Shown here piece by piece: positions 1-13,245 of a stretch of DNA of 64,000 bases. The notes beneath the pieces were generated by a model. It had not been told where the DNA came from. It did not search any database and saw nothing but the letters and a program-made list of their open reading frames with translations. Source of the DNA: Macrostomum lignano (lineage: Eukaryota); NCBI GenBank assembly GCA_002269645.1, contig NIVC01001215.1, positions 210,022 to 274,021 of the forward strand, read 5' to 3'. The position numbers and the translations under genes were made by a program. Every line of letters starts with the position of its first letter. Positions within the stretch are counted from its first letter, which is position 1.

Positions 1-950
1 TAGGTGTGCTTACAAATCGTGCTTAAATTGCACCAGGCACGTATTAGTCCTGTAGTTGAGGTGTTTGGGCTTAAAAAAATAATGTATGATGCAATTATGC
101 TCAAAGCTCATGCAAAGAGGATCATCCATGCTGTTCATTCAGCAATGCATAGCGGGTGCTACGCTTGATAAGGGATTACATAAGATGGAGTAGAATTCCT
201 TGCAGCAAGAGTTACATGTAGAAAGTGGAGTTGAGCCAGACTATTGGGTAGAATACCTGAGAGTACATACAACCTTAGACTGAAGCTGTGCTGCATCATA
301 CTGTGTTTATTGAAACAGTGAACTGTCGCCTAAAAGCCGCTAGCTCGCATTTACATGGCAAATAGTGCAGACAAAAGCAGGCCACCCGAGCAGCAGTTAT
401 TTGCACTTTTCTTGTGCATCTGAGGCTCCAATCAGATGCAGATGAAGAAGCCATGTTAGACCAGCCTCCTTGCCTCATCTTTTCATTTTGCAGTCCAATT
501 TCATAGTTGGCGGAGCTGCACTTGGCCGCGCAGTGATGAATATTTCACACTGGGCCCCCCCCACAGCCTTTGTGCCGCTCCGTTGCTTTTCCAAGCAGCG
601 GAGTCCGCTCGCAGCCCGCTCAAACAAAATTGATGAGGCAAGGATGGCCGGCCGGCTTGGGAGCTACCGGCGGCGGCTGAGGACGAACTGCGCAACTTTT
701 CAACTGCCGCGTATATCGGATTCCCCAGAAACAGCGGAAAGTCTGTTCGGCTGCTATTCAGGGGCTGGCTATTGCCACACTGAGAGATCCCCAAGGGCGC
801 TGGTGGAGCCATCGCAGCAGCCGATTGCCCGGCCAGAGCTGCCGCAGTTGACTCTGATTTTTTACGATTCCACGATGCCCCACCATAAAACTGCGAGTTG
901 GTGCGCGGGAATCTGCGTTTATTGGCCCCCACTGTCTGACTACGTCTCCA

Positions 951-1247
951 TCTCTCTGACCCTCCCTTCATCTCCAGTCTCTCTCCGACCACCCTTCATC
1001 TCCAGTCTCTCTCTGACCCTCCCTTCATCTCCAGTCTCTCTCTGACCCTCCCTTCATCTCCAGTCTGTCTCTGACCCTCCATTCATCTCCAGTCTCTCTC
1101 TGACCCTCCCTTCATCTCCAGTCTGTCTCTGACCCTCCATTCATCTCCAGTCTCTCTCTGACCCTCCCTTCATCTCCTGTCCCTCTCTGACCCTCCATTC
1201 ATCTCCAGTCTCTCTCTGACCCTCAATTCATCTCCAGTCTCTCTCTA
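951..1247. repeat. 29-bp CT-rich minisatellite (CTCTCTCTGACCCTCCCTTCATCTCCAGT), ~10 copies
   Basis: Tandem units read directly from the sequence. Confidence 0.9.
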
Positions 1248-1739
1248 ACCCAATCCCTTCGAGTCTCTGACTCGTTCCATTGATCTAAAATCTCTGACTC
1301 TTTCCTCTTATCTCTAGCCTCTCTCTGACTCTCTCTTATCATCTCAAATTTCTGTCTGACTATTGTCCTTTGTCTCGCATCTTTCTGACTTTTTCCCTTC
1401 ATCTTCATCTCTCTTTACTCTCTACCTGCACTCTAGTCTGTGTCTCTCTGGTTTTCTATTTATTTGATTTCTTGTTTCCACTCAGTTGTTTGTCTTCCCT
1501 CTGGCCCAGCCGCGCTTCCTGCTTTCCTTGGTCTTCTAAAAGAGAGCGGAGGAGCTGACCCATAAAAATCCGTCAGTTGAGTCCCGAGCCGCCAGCAAGT
1601 CGAAGATTTCAAAAAATGACAAGCAGAAAATCTGCCTCTTGGTCTCGAGCGCGTGGAAGCGAAGGGGACGCGGCCGCTTCCGCGTCACATTTTGCTAAAT
1701 CCGCCCCCCCAAACCCCTAAGGGACTTCGCGCCTGGCGT

Positions 1740-1919
1740 GGCGCCGCCCCCCCCCCCCCCCCTATTGGCCGAGGGGATTCCCAGATCCTCGGCTGCCCGC
1801 CCAGACAGACAGGCGGATAAATTTCTGCGCCCTGCTGCGGAACTCGCTGTGTTCCCCGTCTGAGCCGCCGCCGCCTGCCCCGCCTCCTCTGCTGCATCCG
1901 GAAAGTTCAGCGGGTAAGT
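1740..1919 (+). promoter_or_regulatory. Candidate GC-rich promoter and non-coding first exon of the Kv2 gene
   Basis: C16 run 1747-1762, inverted CCAAT (ATTGG 1764-1768), GC-rich tract, and a strong donor CGG|GTAAGT (GT 1914-1915). A matching acceptor CTGCCCAG at 5477-5478 lies upstream of the Kv2 ATG. Linkage to Kv2 is inferred. Confidence 0.35.
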
Positions 1920-2015
1920 TCAACGGGCGCCGCATCCGGGCCTCTCCTTGATTATAGCTACTATAGTACATGCATTGTCTTCCTCGATCAACACCTGTAG
2001 GGTGCACGGTCTAGA

Positions 2016-2955
2016 TTGGCTACACTAGCAATCCATGCACTCTGCAGTTTGTTGGCTAGACTAGCAATCCATGCTATCCCACTCTGCAGTTTGTTGGCTA
2101 GACTAGCAATCCATGCTATCTCACTCTGCAGTTTGTTGGCTAGACTAGCAATCCATGCTATCCCACTCTGCAGTTTGTTGGCTACACTAGCAATCCATGC
2201 TATCCCACTCTGCAGTTTGTTGGCTAGACTAGCAATCCATGCTATCCCACTCTGCAGTTTGTTGGCTAGACTAGCAATCCATGCTATCCCACTCTGCAGT
2301 TTGTTGGCTAGACTAGCAATCCATGCTATCTCACTCTGCAGTTTGTTGGCTAGACTAGCAATCCATGCTATCCCACTCTGCAGTTTGTTGGCTAGACTAG
2401 CAATCCATGCTATCCCACTCTGCAGTTTGTTGGCTAGACTAGCAATCCATGCTATCCCACTCTGCAGTTTGTTGGCTAGACTAGCAATCCATGCTATCCC
2501 ACTCTGCAGTTTGTTGGCTAGACTAGCAATCCATGCTATCCCACTCTGCAGTTTGTTGGCTAGACTAGCAATCCATGCTATCCCACTCTGCAGTTTGTTG
2601 GCTAGACTAGCAATCCATGCTAATCCCACTCTGCAGTTCGTTGGCTAGACTAGCAATCCATGCTAATCCCACTCTGCAGTTTGTTGGCTAGACTAGCAAT
2701 CCATGCTATCTCACTCTGCAGTTTGTTGGCTAGACTAGCAATCCATGCTAATCCCACTCTGCAGTTCGTTGGCTAGACTAGCAATCCATGCTAATCCCAC
2801 TCTGCAGTTTGTTGGCTAGACTAGCAATCCATGCTATCTCACTCTGCAGTTTGTTGGCTAGACTAGCAATCCATGCTAATCCACTCTGCAGTTTGTTGGC
2901 TAGACTAGCAATCCATGCTATCCCACTCTGCAGTTTGTTGGCTAGGCTAGCAATC
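2016..2955. repeat. 42/43-bp minisatellite (GGCTAGACTAGCAATCCATGCTATCCCACTCTGCAGTTTGTT)
   Basis: Near-identical tandem units. It explains ORFs 1988-2629 and 2016-2648 (14-aa periodicity). Confidence 0.95.
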
Positions 2956-3717
2956 CATTATAATCCCCCGTCCACAGCTCAATGGCTAGGCTAGCAATCC
3001 ATGCTAATCCCCTGTTCACAGCTCAATGGCTAGGCTAGCAATCCATGCTAATCCCCTGTCCACAGCTCAATGACTAGGCTAGCAATCCATGCTAATCCCC
3101 TGTCCACAGTTCAATGACTAGGCTAGCAATCCATGCTAATCCCCTGTCCACAGTTCAATGACTAGGCTAGCAATCCATGCTAATCCCCTGTCCACAGCTC
3201 AATGACTAGGCTAGCAATCCATGCTAATCCCCTGTCCACAGTTCAATGACTAGGCTAGCAATCCATGCTAATCCCCTGTCCACAGTTCAATGACTAGGCT
3301 AGCAATCCATGCTAATCCCCTGTCCACAGTTCAATGACTAGGCTAGCAATCCATGCTAATCCCCTGTCCACAGTTCAATGACTAGGCTAGCAATCCATGC
3401 TAATCCCCTGTCCACAGCTCAATGACTAGGCTAGCAATCCATGCTAATCCCCTGTCCACAGCTCAATGACTAGGCTAGCAATCCATGCTAATCCCCTGTC
3501 CACAGCTCAATGACTAGGCTAGCAATCCATGCTAATCCCCTGTCCACAGTTCAATGACTAGGCTAGCAATCCATGCTAATCCTCTGTCCACAGTTCAATG
3601 ACTAGGCTAGCAATCCATGCTAATCCCCTGTCCACAGTTCAATGACTAGGCTAGCAATCCATGCTAATCCTCTGTCCACAGTTCAATGACTAGGCTAGCA
3701 ATCCATGCTAATCCCCT
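2956..3717. repeat. 44-bp minisatellite (GGCTAGCAATCCATGCTAATCCCCTGTCCACAGTTCAATGACTA) sharing a core with the adjacent array
   Basis: Tandem units read directly. Confidence 0.95.
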
Positions 3718-4185
3718 GATGCTTGAATGCATTGAAATGGACTCAAAGCTCAGTTAAATTTCCCATGCTTGCGTGCATTTCCATCCCCAGTTGTACTTGG
3801 TGCTGGTGGTGGGGGGGGGGGTGTGCGGCACACGAGCTGGCAAGTTTGCGAGGCTGAGCGGCAGTTTTTAACAGCCGCAGTTGCCAGGCAGGGGGTGGCG
3901 GCCTGCCGGCTGCTCAGCGGCAGGGGGGATCTGCAGCTTTCATCCCGTCCAAAATTCGCTTCGCTTGTTTAGCGGCGCTGATCCCAATCTGGGAGGCTGT
4001 GGAGGCCGATTAAGCCATGAGCGATGATGGGGCTGTTGTCTCGGCAGGCTTTATCCCGATTCCCATCCAGCCTCCAGGGCTGCATCGCGTGAGCTCTGAT
4101 TATTTCCCTGCTCTGCGTGAAGGAGAATTCATTTTGGCGATTGGCCCGCAATGCGGCCCCCTAAGGTGGCGCTCGCGAGGGAATT

Positions 4186-5020
4186 CCGGCATGGCTTGCC
4201 CTGAAACCTCATGGGGAATTTCGGGATGGCTTGCCCTGAATCCTCATGGGGAATTTCGGGATGGCTTGCCCTGAATCCTCATGGGGAATTTCCGGACGGC
4301 TTGCCCTGAAACCTCATGGGGAATTTCCGGATGACTTGCTCTGAAACCTCATGGGGAATTTCGGGATGGCTTGCCCTGAATCCTCATGGGGAATTTCGGG
4401 ATGGCTTGCCCTGAATCCTCATGGGGAATTTCGGGATGGCTTGCCCTGAATCCTCATGGGGAATTTCCGGACGGCTTGCCCTGAAACCTCATGGGGAATT
4501 TCCGGATGACTTGCCCTGAAACCTCATGGGGAATTTCGGGATGGCTTGCCCTGAATCCTCATGGGGAATTTCGGGATGGCTTGCCCTGAATCGTCATGGG
4601 GAATTTGGGGATGGCTTGCCCTGAATCCTCATGGGGAATTTGGGGATGGCTTGCCCTGAATCCTCATGGGGAATTTCGGGATGGCTTGCCCTGAATCCTC
4701 ATGGGGAATTTCGGGATGGCTTGCCCTGAATCGTCATGGGGAATTTGGGGATGGCTTGCCCTGAATCCTCATGGGGAATTTGGGGATGGCTTGCCCTGAA
4801 TCCTCATGGGGAATTTCGGGATGGCTTGCCCTGAATCCTCATGGGGAATTTCGGGATGACTTGCTCTGAATCCTCATGGGGAATTTCGGGATGATTTCCC
4901 TGAGGCTTCATGGGGAATTTCGGGATGGCTTGCCCTGAGGTTTAATGTGGATTTTATGATAGCCTGCCCTGAGGCTTCATGGGGAATTTCGGGATGGCCT
5001 GCTTTGTGGCCTCATGGGGA
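4186..5020. repeat. 35-bp minisatellite (GGATGGCTTGCCCTGAATCCTCATGGGGAATTTCG)
   Basis: Period 35 checked (4211 to 4246). Degenerate at the 3' end. Confidence 0.95.
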
Positions 5021-5716
5021 ATCTCGAGAGCTTCTCAGCTGTTCTTAGCAGCCACATACAGACTGTGGGCAAATTCTTTAAAACTGTCTGGGCCTCAAGA
5101 GCAGGCCAGCACGGCCGGCACGCAGCTGATTCAAAACTCTGCGCTCAATCGATCCTGCGCTCAGCTGCGAGTTCCGCCGCGCAGGCGGCAAGAGCACTTG
5201 AAGGCAGAGCACTGAATTCTTTCACCACTGCCTGCTGCCACTCCATGCACACCACATATACTACTCTGCTGGCAGTAGTCTAACCAGCGGCAGTCCCAGC
5301 TGCCAGTTAATCGCCCCCCCAACAACCGAATTCCAGCCGGCAGCTGTTTAATCAGCCAGAAGAAAAGCTGCTTCCACCGGCACCTTCGGCCGCCTCCTGT
5401 CCGCAGCCGCCGCGCATCGCCCCGGCAGTTCGAACGGGCAACACACAAAGGCCTCCCGTGCTCGCCCTGCCTGCCCAGTGGAGACAGAGCGGCAGAGACG
5501 CCAGCTCAGCGCGCTCACCAGCCACCTCGGGCTCCCCTCGCTGCCTCTATTGATCCCATTCGACCTTGGACAGCCTCCCCTCCGCCGCCGCTCTGCCCCG
5601 CGCAGCCCGCCGGCCTCCCCAGCCTCAGCCAGTGCGATCCGGCCTGCGAGAGCGGGAGTTAAATTTAAACTCCGCCCGGCGATTCCCAACTGAAAAGCCC
5701 CGCCCGCCCCAACTGC

Positions 5717-6538
5717 ATGTTCGCCGCCCGCAGCGGGGGCTGCACCAACTCCTCCGCCGCAGCCGCCGCCGTAGCCAGAGCCGCAGCCGAAGCCGCCAGC
5801 GCCTCCGCAGCTGCCACCGCAGAACCCTGCGGCAGCGCAGACTGCGGCAGAGCATCCAGGAGCAGCAGCGGCCAATGCCGGAGTCGCAGGCGGAAGCAGC
5901 ACACAATGCAGCATCAGCAGCAGCAGCAGCACATGGATGATCACCAAGCCCCGGGAGCCACTGAGGATCCGCACCAGCCTCTTCAGCAGCCTCATCATCA
6001 TCATCATCATCATCATCACCATCAGCCGCACTCAGGCGAGGCAGACCGACCCCGCCGGGTGGTGCTGAATGTCGGCGGGGAGCGGCACGAGGTCATGTGG
6101 CGCACGCTGGACCGCCTGCCCAAGACCCGCCTGGGCCGCCTGCGACTCGCCGGCAGTCCGGAGGAAATCCGCGAGCTCTGCGACGACTACAGCGAGTGCG
6201 AGGGCGAGTTCTACTTCGACCGGCACCCGAAGTTCTTCCACCCCGTGCTGAACTTCTACCGCACCGGCAAGCTGCACATGAGCGACGACGTCTGCGTGAT
6301 CTCCTTCGCTGCCGAGCTCAAGTACTGGGGCATCTCCGAGGACTACTTCGACCTCTGCTGCCAGCACAAGTACCACCAGAAGAAGGAGACGGCGGAGGAG
6401 GAGATTCGCAAGGACATGGAGGCCGTGAAGTGGAACCAGCGCAACGTTGAGCACGACTTCGGCTTCGGGCGTTACGGCGGGTTCAAGCGGATCGTGTGGA
6501 ACATCCTGGAGGAGCCGCAGACCTCCACGCTGGCCAGG
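5717..6538 (+). CDS. Shab: Kv2/Shab voltage-gated potassium channel, coding exon 1 (N-terminus, T1/BTB domain)
   Basis: First ATG after in-frame TAA 5666 (alternative ATG 5906). T1 motifs RVVLNVGGERHEVMWRTLDRLPKTRLGRL, EFYFDRHP, LNFYRTGKLH, YWGI, CCQHKYHQKKE (Kv2-type). Donor AGG|GTGAGC, phase 0. Confidence 0.93.
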
Positions 6539-6659
6539 GTGAGCGCCGGCTGCTGCACCAGGGCTTTTGCCCTGACTCCCTCTTTGCTGAGTCTCAATTG
6601 CCCTGCCTTGCCCTTTGCATGCTCTGGTCCCGGGCTCCAATCCCAGAGGAAGACACGTG

Positions 6660-7210
6660 TCAAAGGTCCCAGACTCGAATCCCCAGTAAGTCAGACAGGC
6701 TTCAAAGGTCTGGGACTTGAATCCCCAGTGTCAGACAGGCTTCAAAGGTCTCAGACTCGAATCCCCAGTGTCAGACAGGCTTCAAAGGTCCCAGACTCGA
6801 ATCCCCAGTAAGTCGGACAGGCTTCAAAGGTCCCAGACTCGAATCCCCAGTAAGTCGGACAGGCTTCAATGGTCCCAGACTCGAATCCCCAGTAAGTCGG
6901 ACAGGCTTCAAAGGTCCCAGACTCGAATCCCCAGTAAGTCGGACAGGCTTCAATGGTCCCAGACTCGAATCCCCAGTAAGTCGGACAGGCTTCAATGGTC
7001 CCAGACTCGAATCCCCAGTAAGTCAGACAGGCTTCAATGGTCCCAGACTCGAATCCCCAGTAAGTCGGACAGGCTTCAATGGTCCCAGACTCGAATCCCA
7101 GTAAGTCGGACAGGCTTCAATGGTCCCAGACTCGAATCCCCAGTAAGTCAGACAGGCTTCAAAGGTCCCAGACTCGAATCCCAGTAAGTCAGACAGGCTT
7201 CAATGGTCCA
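6660..7210. repeat. 42-bp minisatellite in Kv2 intron 1 (AGGCTTCAATGGTCCCAGACTCGAATCCCCAGTAAGTCGGAC)
   Basis: Tandem units with 14-aa periodicity in ORF 6717-7187. Confidence 0.95.
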
Positions 7211-7894
7211 AATCAAATAAGCTGCAGAGCCCGTGACTCGAATCCCAAGTCTATCGGACTGCACTTTTAGCGCTTTAAGCGGCTTGTTGAGTCTCATCCT
7301 AGACTCAGACGGGCTGCCCGGGCGGGACGAGTAGAGACGCGGGGAAGGAAGTTGTCTGTCAGGGGAAGAAGAGAAATGAAAATCGGAGACACAAAAAGTG
7401 GCGCGGAGGCCAGGGGGCTTGACTCGTCTTCAAGAAATCGAGTTAGTGAGTCCGGCGCTGTCTCGCCGCCAGCAGAGGGGAGGCGGCCCAGAACTGGGCC
7501 AGCGGAGCTCAGCGCGAGCCAGAGGGGAGTTCGGTGCGCACCGGCAGTTCCCCAGCCAGACCGGCTTTCTTCGGCATCGAAGGGGGTCCGCGCCGTTCAT
7601 CATCAGCCACTCCGAGCTTTCCGCAGCCTCTCCTACCTGCCTGTCTGCGGCCCCGCTGACATTTCCGGAGCGGCCTGGCAGGGGGGGGGGCTTTAGGGGC
7701 TGCTGTCAGGTTCCAGGGTGCCTCAGCCTCCGCGGCAGCACGCAGCGCCAATGTTTGGCAACTGAACGAGCGGGACGAGTTCCAGGATTTCTTTCCAACC
7801 CTTCCCGATGTCCCTGCGCGTTTAAGGCTTGCGCAGCTGCTCTGACAAATTGTCTTTGTGGAACCGGCCGTCTGCCTTTCTTCTCTGACTCTGC

Positions 7895-8355
7895 AGCAGC
7901 CCTGCCAGTCCCTCTCTGAATCTGCGCCAGCCCTGACAGTCCCTCTCTGAATATGCGCCAGCCCTGACAGTCCCTCTCTGAATCTGCGCCAGCCCTGCCA
8001 GTCCCTCTCTGAATATGCGCCAGCCCTGACAGTCCCTCTCTGAATCTGCGCCAGCCCTGCCAGTCCCTCTCTGAATCTGCAGCAGGATTTCCAGTCCCTC
8101 TCTGATTCTGCAGCAGGACTGCCGGTCCCTCTCTGAATCTGCAGCAGGACTGCCAGTCCCTCTCTGAATCTGCAGCAGGATTTCCAGTCCCTCTCTGAAT
8201 CTGCAGCAGGACTGCCAGTCCCTCTCTGAATCTGCAGCAGGACTGCCAGTCCCTCTCTGAATCTGCAGCAGGATTTCCAGTCCCTCTCTGAATCTGCAGC
8301 AGGACTGCCGGTCCCTCTCTGAATCTGCAGCAGGACTGCCAGTCCCTCTCTGACT
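7895..8355. repeat. 31-bp minisatellite with two subtypes (GCGCCAGCCCT then GCAGCAGGACT variants)
   Basis: Period 31 checked (7911 to 7942). Confidence 0.9.
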
Positions 8356-8852
8356 CTGCTGACTCGCTCCAACAGGCAAGCTGAGAATTTTCCCTGAAGC
8401 CTCAGCTGCCCGCCAGTTCTTCTCAGTTTCTCCATCTGAGGCAGGCAGCGACTCAAGCATTCTCGGCTCTGCGCAGCAGCTTTCCCTTCTGCTTCACGTC
8501 TAGCCGGGTCTTTCCAGTTTCTGTCTTCCTCCAGCCGTCCCCGCATTGTCGGGGGGGGGGGGGGTATCACCCTGCCACACAGCCAGCCAGTGCACTCTCA
8601 ATCCTGTCAGCGGGAACTCCCAGTGAAATCGGGTGGAGCGCTCGGTCGGTCTGCCCGGGCCTGAAGGGGCGGCTGGGGGAGGCGCCTCAACGATCCGCGC
8701 ATTTTGATATACGCCGGGGTGAGGAGGAGAGGAGGGAGAGGGAAAACAGCAGGCAGACAATGGCCTGAGGAGTTCAGGATTGCGCTCGCACTGCAGATCT
8801 CTGCGTCTGATATTTGAGTAGTGTAACTGCCTGCACTGCCTGCACTGCTTGC

Positions 8853-8854
8853 AC

Positions 8855-8919
<65 letters not shown>

Positions 8920-8952
8920 TTCTGTCTGTCTTAGTGTCTGTCTGTCTGTCTT

Positions 8953-9019
<67 letters not shown>

Positions 9020-9022
9020 TAG

Positions 9023-9086
<64 letters not shown>
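8853..9086. repeat. (TCTG)n microsatellite
   Basis: Direct reading. Confidence 0.98.
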
Positions 9087-9593
9087 GGTCTGTATTTCCA
9101 TATTATCTAATAGTCACAACCGCCACAACCTCAGACAAGAAGCCAAATGTTTCCGATGGTCGCGGCCAGACAAGCCCAAAGTGCCCAAAGTGCTGCCAGT
9201 TCTGCGTGCTCCCCTGAGCCCCACCTGTTGCCCGCTCTTTGCTTGTCTCAACTTCAAGTCCAGTCTCTGCCGAGTTCCCGGCGTCCCCAATCTCGCGCTG
9301 TTTACTCAGCTGCTGGGACCTCCTGCCCGCCTCCTGCTCCAAGACAGGCCGTCCTGATTGCATTATCACCTGGCCAGGAGTGCGGCCGCTCTCGGTCCGT
9401 GCAGAGTTGTCCACCACCTTGATTGCGTTCTCACCTGGACTGGAAATTCATGGACTCCTAGATTTAAGATTCATGGAATTCTTAGACGTCAGATTCATGG
9501 ACTCCTAAACTGGAGTTTGATGGACTCCTGAACCGTAACTAAGACTAAGGATTCATGGAACGCATTGACTTTTAGAGCATAAAAATAATGCAC

Positions 9594-10136
9594 GGACTGG
9601 GTTGCCTGGACTCCTGGATCAGAATGCTTGGACTGGGGTGCCTGGACTCCTGGATCAGAATGCTCGGACTGGGGTGCCTGGACTCCTGGATCAGAATGCT
9701 CGGACTGGGGTGCCTGGACTCCTGGATCAGAATGCTCGGACTGGCGGGTGCCTGGACTCCTGGATCAGAATGCTCGGACTGGGGTGCCTGGACTCCTGGA
9801 TCAGAATGCTCGGACTGGGGTGCCTGGACTCCTGGACCAGAATGCTTGGACTGGCGGGTGCCTGGACTCCTGGACCAGAATGCTCGGACTGGGGTGCATG
9901 GACTCCTGGACCAGAATGCTTGGACTGGCGGGTGCCTGGACTCCTGGATCAGAATGCTCGGACTGGGGTGCCTGGACTGCTGGACCAGAATGCTCGGACT
10001 GGGGTGCCGGGACTGCTGGATCAGAATGCTCGGACTGGGGTGCCGGGACTCCTGGACCAGAATGCTCGGACTGGGGTGCCTGGACTGCTGGACCAGAATG
10101 CTCGGACTGGGGTGCCGGGACTGCTGGACCAGAATG
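9594..10136. repeat. 36/38-bp minisatellite (GGACTGGGGTGCCTGGACTCCTGGATCAGAATGCTC)
   Basis: Tandem units with 12-aa periodicity. Confidence 0.95.
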
Positions 10137-10444
10137 CAAGAACGGCCTAAACGTGCTTCCCACCCTCGCCGCGGTCCCAATTGAATTTCGCAGGCGAATT
10201 CGCACGCAGACGGAAGGCGGCGAGGCAATTAGTGCCCGGCCAAGCTGCCATTCTTCTGAAAGATATGAGAAATTGACAGGGCGTGGTGCCAGGCTCCAGC
10301 CTCCCAGCCCCATCGCCTGGGCTGATCCGAATTATTCCAAATCCCAATATCTCCGTGTGGCCCTGGCCCTGGAATTTCTGCTTTTGCACCCCCATGCGCA
10401 TCTCTGCGCGTCTGGGAGTGACGGCATGGCCATGCAGGCCTGAG

Positions 10445-11068
10445 TGTCCATTGTGTGTAATCTGCGTGTGTCCACTTTCATTATTGATGTGTCCAATGTT
10501 GTGTAATCTGTGTGTCCATTTTGATTATTGATGTGTCCATGGTGTGTAATCTGCGTGTGTCCACTTTCATTATTGATGTGTCCAATGTTGTGTAATCTGC
10601 GTGTCCATTTCCATTATTGATGTGTCCATGGTGTGTAATCTGTGTGTGTCCACTTTCATTATTGATGTGTCCAATGTTGTGTAATCTGCGTGTCCATTTC
10701 CATTATTGATGTGTCCATGGTGTGTAATCTGTGTGTGTCCACTTTCATTATTGATGTGTCCAATGTTGTGTAATCTGCGTGTCCATTTCCATTATTGATG
10801 TGTCCATGGTGTGTAATCTGCGTGTCCAATTCCATTATTGATGTGTCCATGGTGTGCAATCTGCGTGTCCAATTCCATTATTGATGTGTCCATGGTGTGT
10901 AATCTGTGTGTGTCCACTTTCATTATTGATGTGTCCAATGTTGTGTCATCTGCGTGTCTAATTCCATTATTGATGTGTCCATGGTGTGTAATCTGCGTGT
11001 CCAATTCCATTATTGATGTGTCCTTGGTGTGTAATCTGTGTGCGTCCATTTTCATTATTGATGTGTCC
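10445..11068. repeat. 43/45-bp minisatellite with alternating variants (GTGTCCATGGTGTGTAATCTGCGTGTCCAATTCCATTATTGAT)
   Basis: Tandem units; two variants alternate in the 5' part. Confidence 0.9.
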
Positions 11069-11232
11069 GAGGTTGTTACCAATGTGGTTCATTGCTGTTA
11101 TCTGTGTTGCTAAATATATGTCCGGGTTGTCGCCTGTGTGTTCAAGACTTGTTTATTCCTTTTTCTGGGGTTGCTATCCACCTGTCCATGGCTGCAATCT
11201 CTGCGCTTCTATATTTGTTAAGGATTATTAAC

Positions 11233-11905
11233 AGATCAGCAGCATTAGCTATCGATGAGCAGCCCAAATCAGCAGCATTAGCTATCGGTGAGCAGCCCGA
11301 TCAGCAGCATTAGCTATCGGTGAGCAGCCCAGATCAGCAGCATTAGCTATCGGTGAGCAGCCCAGATCAGCAGCATTAGCTATCGGTGAGCAGCCCAGAT
11401 CAGCAGCATTAGCTATCGGTGAGCAGCCCAGATCAGCAGCATTAGCTATCGGTGAGCAGCCCAGATCAGCAGCATTAGCTATCGGTGAGCAGCCCAGATC
11501 AGCAGCATTAGCTATCGGTGAGCAGCCCAGATCAGCAGCATTAGCTATCGGTGAGCAGCCCAGATCAGCAGCATTAGCTATCGGTGAGCAGCCCGATCAG
11601 CAGCATTAGCTATCGGTGGGCAGCCCGATCAGCAGCATTAGCTATCGGTGAGCAGCCCAGATCAGCAGCATTAGCTATCGGTGAGCAGCCCAGATCAGCA
11701 GCAGTAGCTATCGGTGAGCAGCCCAGATCAGCAGCATTAGCTATCGGTGAGCAGCCCAGATCAGCAGCATTAGCTATCGGTGAGTAGCCCAGATCAGCAG
11801 CAGTAGCTATCGGTGAGCAGCCTAGATCAGCAGCATTAGCTATCGGTGAGCAGCCCGATCAGCAGCATTAGCTATCGGTGAGCAGCCCGATCAGCAGCTA
11901 TCGGT
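11233..11905. repeat. 33-bp minisatellite (AGATCAGCAGCATTAGCTATCGGTGAGCAGCCC)
   Basis: Tandem units read directly. Confidence 0.95.
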
Positions 11906-12540
11906 GGCAAAATTCCTGCCGAGAAACAGCCGGCCCCTCCAATTGGCATCGATGGCAGCCCCAGGCGGGCGGGAATCAACAGCCCCGAGGCCGGCCCGTC
12001 AATTCGATTATTCTGAAATTTCTGGCGCAGAGGGCGGGGCGGTCCCGGGCAATGACCGGGGCTGGGCCTGCAGTGATCAGGGCCTGCGGCTGGCGGGGTC
12101 GGGCAGAGGCAAAAAGCAGAAAAACACAGGAGAGGTCGCCGGATGATGATAACACGGCGCTTGCAGCAGACTTTTGAAGAGATTTCCACCACCCGCCCCC
12201 GGAGCCTCCCGGCCGCCCCGAGCCTCGACAGCCTCCCCGGGGACCCGCCGGCCCGCCGTTTCTAGGAAAGCCCAGCGCGCAGTCAATCGATAGTAAGAGC
12301 TCGCCTCCCTGTCTCTCTCTGTCAGCCTCCGGAGCCCGCTGTTTGAGCTGTTTGAGCTCATGCGGATAAAAGCCTTGTCACCGACCCCCCCCCCTATCAG
12401 CCGCCGGGGCGGCGCTCTTGCAAACAAGGCGAACCTGGCGCCTGCGATATTCAAATGCACTCCGGCTTTAATGTGTCTGCCTAGGGGCCGGCGAGCACCA
12501 CAGGTTGCCGAGTCTGCATGCATCTGAATCGGGCATCTAT

Positions 12541-13245
12541 TCTCTCCCAGTGTCTCATCTCTCCCAGTGTCTTATCTCCCCCAGTGTCTCATCTCTCCCA
12601 GTGTCTTATCTCTCCCAGTGTCTCATCTCTCCCAGTGTCTTATCTCTCCCAGTGTCTCATCTCTCCCAGTGTCTCATCTCTCCCAGTGTCTCATCTCTTC
12701 CAGTGTCTCATCTCTCCCAGTGTCTCATCTCTCCCAGTGTCTCATCTCTCCCAGTGTCTCATCTCTCCCAGTGTCTTATCTCTCCCAGTGTCTCATCTCT
12801 CCCAGTGTCTCATCTCTCCCAGTGTCTCATCTCTCCCAGTGTCTCATCTCTCCCAGTGTCTCATCTCTCCCAGTGTCTTATCTCCCCCAGTGTCTCATCT
12901 CTCCCAGTGTCTCATCTCTCCCAGTGTCTTATCTCCCCCAGTGTCTCATCTCTCCCAGTGTCTCATCTCTCCCAGTGTCTCATCTCCCCCAGTGTCTCAT
13001 CTCTCCCAGCTCTATTCTCTCTCAGTGTATCCTCTCTCCCAGTGTATCATCTCTCCCAGCTCTATTCTCTCCCAGTATCTCATTTCTCCCAGCTCTATTC
13101 TCTCTCTGTGTATCCTCTCTCCCAGTGTATCATCTCTCCCAGCTCTATTCTCTCCCAGTATCTCATCTCTCCCAGCTCTATTCTCTCACAGTATCTCATC
13201 TCTCCCAGCTCTATTCTCTCACAGTGTCTTATCTCTCCCAGCTCT
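12541..13245. repeat. 17-bp CT-rich minisatellite (CTCTCCCAGTGTCTCAT)
   Basis: Tandem units. It explains three overlapping low-complexity ORFs. Confidence 0.95.

Noticed and set aside
1-300. Cys-containing broken frame on the - strand (STCNSCCKEFYS...)
   Set aside because: Multiple stops, truncated by the window edge, and no family pattern I can name.
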